Assembly (NCBI RefSeq): GCF_009914755.1
Contig: NC_060937.1
From: the human T2T-CHM13v2.0 reference genome, Homo sapiens
Direction: 5' to 3' (one strand)
DNA: 64,000 nucleotides
Part shown: one piece after another, positions 62,281-64,000 of the stretch
Numbering within the stretch: the stretch's first letter is position 1
Layout: every line of letters begins with the position of its first letter
The notes under the pieces: model-generated
Told to the model about the DNA's origin: nothing
Databases searched by the model: none
The model's input: only the letters and a program-made list of their open reading frames with translations
Program-made: the position numbers and the translations under genes

Positions 62281-64000
62281 AATTATATACTGTACGTAAA
62301 ATATGAAATTACATCAAATATATATTAGGTACATAAAATATGAAAGTACATCAAATATAGATTATATACTGTACATATAATATCAATGTACACCAAATAT
62401 ATATTTTATACTCTACGTGAAATATCAAAGTTCACAAACCATACATTATATACTGTACATAAAATATCAAAGTACCCAAGGTATATATTCTATAGTGTAC
62501 AAAAAATATCAAAGTACCCAAAGCATGTATTATATACTGTACATAAAATATGAAAGTACATCCAATATATATTTTATTCTGTACATAAAATATCAAAGTA
62601 CACCAGATATATATTCTATAGTGTACATAAAATATCAAAGTACCCAAACTATACATTATATACTGTACATAAAATATGAAATTACATCAAATATATATTA
62701 GGTACATAAAATATGAAAGTACATCAAATATAGATTATATACTGTACATAAAATATCAAAGTACCCCAAATATATATTATATACTGTACATGAAATATCA
62801 AAGTTCACAAACTATATATTATATACTGTACATAAAATATCAAAGTACCCAAGGTATATATTCTATACTGTACAAAAAATATCAAAGTACCCAAAGCATG
62901 TATTATATACTGTACATAAAATATGAAAGTACATCAAATATATATTTTATTCTGTACATAAAATATCAAAGTACACCAGATATATATTCTATAGTGTACA
63001 TAAAATAACAAAGTAAAAAAACTATAAATTATATACTGTACATAAAATATGAAATTACATCAAATATATATTAGGTAGATAAAATATGAACGTACATCAA
63101 ATATAGATTATATACTGTACATAAAATATCAATGTACCCCAAATATATATTTTATACTCTACATGAAATATCAAAGTTCACAAACCATATATTATATACT
63201 GTACATAAAATATCAAAGTACCCAATGTATATATTCTATACTATACAAAAAATATCAAAGTACCCAAAGCATGTATTATATACTGTACATAAAATATGAA
63301 AGTACATCAAATATATATTTTATTCTGTACATAAAATATCAAAGTACACCAGATATATATTCTATAGTGTACATAAAATATCAAAGTACCCAAACTATAC
63401 ATTATATACTGTACATAAAATATGAAATTACATCAAATATATATTATATTAGGTACATAAAATATGAAAGTACATCAAATATATATTATATACTCTACAT
63501 AAAATACCAAAGTACCCCAAATACATATTATATACTGTACATGCAATATCAAAGTTCACAAACTATATATTATATACTGTACATAAAATATCAAAGTACC
63601 GAAGCTATATATTCTATACTGTACAAAAAATATCAAAGTACCCAAAGCATGTATTATATACTGTACATAAAATATGAAAGTACATCAAATATATATTTTA
63701 TTCTGTACATAAAATATCAAAGTACACCAAATATATATTCTATAGTGTACATAAAATATCAAAGTACCCAAACTATACATTATATACTGTATATAAAATA
63801 TGAAATTACATCAAATATATATTATATTAGGTACATAAAATATGAAAGTACATCAAATATAGATTATATACTGTACATAAAATACCAAAGTACCCCAAAT
63901 ACATATTATATACTGTACATGCAATATCAAAGTTCACAAACTGTATATTATATACTGTACATAAAATATCAAAGTACCCAAGGTATATATTCTATACTGT

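Larger units (their letters stand above)
1..64000. repeat. HSat1A (SAR / classical satellite I) tandem array: 42-bp monomers in 378/373-bp 9-mer units, roughly 170 units
   Basis: Monomer consensus about TATCAAAGTACCCAAACTATATATTATATACTGTACATAAAA throughout. GTAC (RsaI) sites give alternating 17- and 25-bp fragments, the classical satellite I A/B units. Nine monomer types recur in fixed order. Hand count gives 81 G+C in the 378-bp consensus. Family assignment is from recalled knowledge, not a database search. Confidence 0.95.

Noticed and set aside
6971-62656. Short minus-strand ORFs (~68-74 aa) with hydrophobic appearance
   Set aside because: Reverse-frame translations of the same satellite, opened by single substitutions and copied with the duplications.
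1-64000. CRISPR-like pattern of a conserved TACTGTACATAAAATATCAAAGTAC block alternating with a variable ~17 bp
   Set aside because: The variable parts are homologous to each other and cycle through nine types. There are no unique spacers, leader or cas genes.
1-64000. TATA-like (TATAAA) and occasional AATAAA motifs as promoters or polyadenylation signals
   Set aside because: Expected by chance at about 79% AT and repeated with the array; no supporting context. A role in satellite transcripts cannot be judged from sequence.
1-64000. Alpha satellite, CENP-B boxes, HSat1B, HSat2/3 or telomeric repeats
   Set aside because: No 171-bp period, CENP-B box, CATTC or TTAGGG runs, and no Alu fragment or 2.4-kb unit as in HSat1B.
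1-64000. Palindromes (TGTACA, GTAC, TATATA) as hairpins, terminators or transposon ends
   Set aside because: Too short and AT-rich to form stable stems; no long inverted repeats or target-site duplications seen.
1-64000. Assignment to a specific chromosome or species
   Set aside because: HSat1A arrays occur on human chr3, chr4 and the acrocentric short arms and have ape homologues. Without a k-mer search I cannot tell them apart.

Overview
The whole 64 kb window is one uninterrupted, single-orientation AT-rich tandem satellite array (consensus about 21% GC, no CpG). It matches human/great-ape satellite 1A (HSat1A, also called SAR or classical satellite I). The 42-bp monomer usually carries two GTAC sites and is organised as a 9-monomer unit of 378 bp, or 373 bp when monomer 2 lacks 5 bp. 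I see no genes, RNA genes, transposons or CRISPR arrays; the listed ORFs arise because 42 is divisible by 3. The interest is in the nested architecture. There are three 9-mer subtypes, 10-, 12- and 13-monomer variant units, two different 15-unit duplications (offsets 5,777 and 5,779 bp), and a near-identical tandem duplication of 1-~26.1 kb at ~27.06-56.95 kb whose offset steps 27,057 to 29,306 to 30,819 through whole-unit indels. Two speculative functional leads come from the consensus: a strand-specific Pumilio element (TGTAHATA) in 6 of 9 monomers and a TCF/LEF core (ATCAAAG) in up to 6 of 9. Offsets were read by hand from the ORF track and marker variants, so breakpoints are approximate.
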